This document shows positions 25,669 through 26,709 of a DNA stretch of 26,709 bases, in pieces. The translations under genes were made by a program, and so were the position numbers. Where the stretch lies: positions 1-26,709 of IMG/VR virus record IMGVR_UViG_3300044724_006057; one strand, written 5' to 3'. The notes under the pieces were generated by a model. That model was not told the DNA's origin. It worked only from the letters and a program-made list of their open reading frames with translations, and made no database searches. Each line of letters begins with the position of its first letter. Within the stretch, counting starts at the first letter, position 1. Source of the DNA: a virus. Taxonomy: Duplodnaviria > Caudoviricetes.

Positions 25669-26109
25669 ATGAAGATAGAACAAGTGATTGAAATGTGGCA
25701 GCAAGATGCCAAGATAGATGATGTTGATTTGGATACCGAGTCGCTTAATGTCCCCGTGCTGCATGGTAAGTATCTCAAACTATTCTATGAGCAGAAGCTC
25801 AAACTTAAAAAGTATAAGATTCAATATAAGACACTTAGCAAAGTGCTTAGTGAGTATTATCGTGGTGAATTGAATAATCCGGAAGACCTTCAACAGATTG
25901 GACGCGAACCATGGGAAAAGCATGTTCTCAAGGCAGACGTGTCTCAATACATTGAGGGTGATCGGGAGATGGTTGATCTTGTTACACGTATGGTGTATCA
26001 GGAACAAGTAGTTTCGTTATTGGAAGATATTATGAAAAGTATAAACAACAGAGGCTTCCATATTAATGCAGCTATCAACTGGAGGAAACTCACCCAGTTC
26101 GGCGTATAG
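25669..26109 (+). CDS. uvsY: Recombination mediator UvsY
   Basis: W..D.KID...LD.ESL..P.LH.KY, EYY.G, I.NRGF.I.AAI.W. Directly upstream of uvsW. Confidence 0.9.
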   Translation: MKIEQVIEMWQQDAKIDDVDLDTESLNVPVLHGKYLKLFYEQKLKLKKYKIQYKTLSKVLSEYYRGELNNPEDLQQIGREPWEKHVLKADVSQYIEGDREMVDLVTRMVYQEQVVSLLEDIMKSINNRGFHINAAINWRKLTQFGV

Positions 26110-26113
26110 AGAA

Positions 26114-26709
26114 TTGTTAGTAATTGATAAAGTGAATGAGACCTTCTTAAAGGTCAACTGTAACCAGGGTATTGCACAGGAGCTGAATGAGTTCTTTTCA
26201 TTCTTTGCAACTGGGTATAAGTTTATGCCTGCCTTTAAGAGAAGGCAATGGGATGGGCGTATACGTTTGTTTAATAATCGCAACAACGGACTGTATGTTG
26301 GGCTACTTCCTTATCTAAAAAGTTTCTGCGACGAAAGAGACTACGATATTGAGTTTGATCCTAGCTTAGAGCTCCAAGAAGAGTTTTCGTTCCAAGAGTC
26401 TATAGAATTTTCCAGCGAGATTAAACTACCGTTTGAACCACGCAAGTACCAATTAGAAGCATTTACACATTGCATACGTAACAATAGGTCAATGATACTT
26501 TCTCCGACTGGGTCTGGCAAGTCGTTGATCATATATTTACTGTCAAGATTCTACAATGAGAAGACCTTGATAGTAGTACCAACAGTATCGCTGGTTCGCC
26601 AAATGTATAGTGATTTTAAGGACTATGGATACACAGAAGAGTGTAAACTAATTAGTGCAGGAGTCGATAAAGAGGTTATCGATGAAGACATTACCATTAC
26701 AACGTGGCA
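26114..26709 (+). CDS. uvsW: SF2 DNA helicase UvsW, 3'-truncated, start uncertain; absent from the supplied ORF track
   Basis: Manual translation: LLVIDKVNETFLKV...GYKFMPAFKRRQWDGRIRLF...PRKYQ...LSPTGSGKS (Walker A at 26501)...LIVVPTVSLVRQMYSDF. Open to the end of the window. Confidence 0.93.
   Translation, partial: MLVIDKVNETFLKVNCNQGIAQELNEFFSFFATGYKFMPAFKRRQWDGRIRLFNNRNNGLYVGLLPYLKSFCDERDYDIEFDPSLELQEEFSFQESIEFSSEIKLPFEPRKYQLEAFTHCIRNNRSMILSPTGSGKSLIIYLLSRFYNEKTLIVVPTVSLVRQMYSDFKDYGYTEECKLISAGVDKEVIDEDITITTW

Noticed and set aside
21173-26532. Minus-strand ORFs overlapping core genes (for example 21741..22058, 25414..25764, 26017..26286, 26341..26532)
   Set aside because: They are antisense to well-supported conserved genes, including the uvsW frame missing from the track, and show no recognisable motifs.
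21804-26709. Introns, inteins or homing endonucleases in core genes
   Set aside because: g21, g22, g23, g3, uvsY and the visible part of uvsW are continuous and of ordinary length, with no insertions or free-standing nuclease ORFs.

Overview
Genome segment of a T4-like myophage with every credible gene on the + strand. The right 6 kb is the conserved late core: gp67-like and prohead-core-like genes, g21 protease, g22 scaffold, g23 major capsid protein, g3, uvsY and a truncated uvsW. It has T4-type TATAAATA late promoters and a C(UUCG)G terminator. The order g23-g3-uvsY-uvsW, with no g24/hoc/inh, resembles marine and aquatic T4-like phages. The left 20.6 kb is an uninterrupted array of 19 putative virion fibre, adhesin and accessory genes built from a small shared parts list. 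Six genes start with the same ~30-aa 'MAVNFPxxPxxG...Y..GxW' module, and each opens a cassette that ends in a different candidate receptor-binding head: LamG, triple LamG, polyglycine-rich, a cupredoxin-containing fibre, or a beta-propeller. One cassette holds five tandem glycine-rich paralogs with constant ends and a near-identical 189-bp junction repeat. The best candidate for a new system is this modular 'common anchor, interchangeable head' appendage array next to the head genes. All functional assignments in the array are inferred from motifs by eye; no searches were run and the host cannot be determined from this window.
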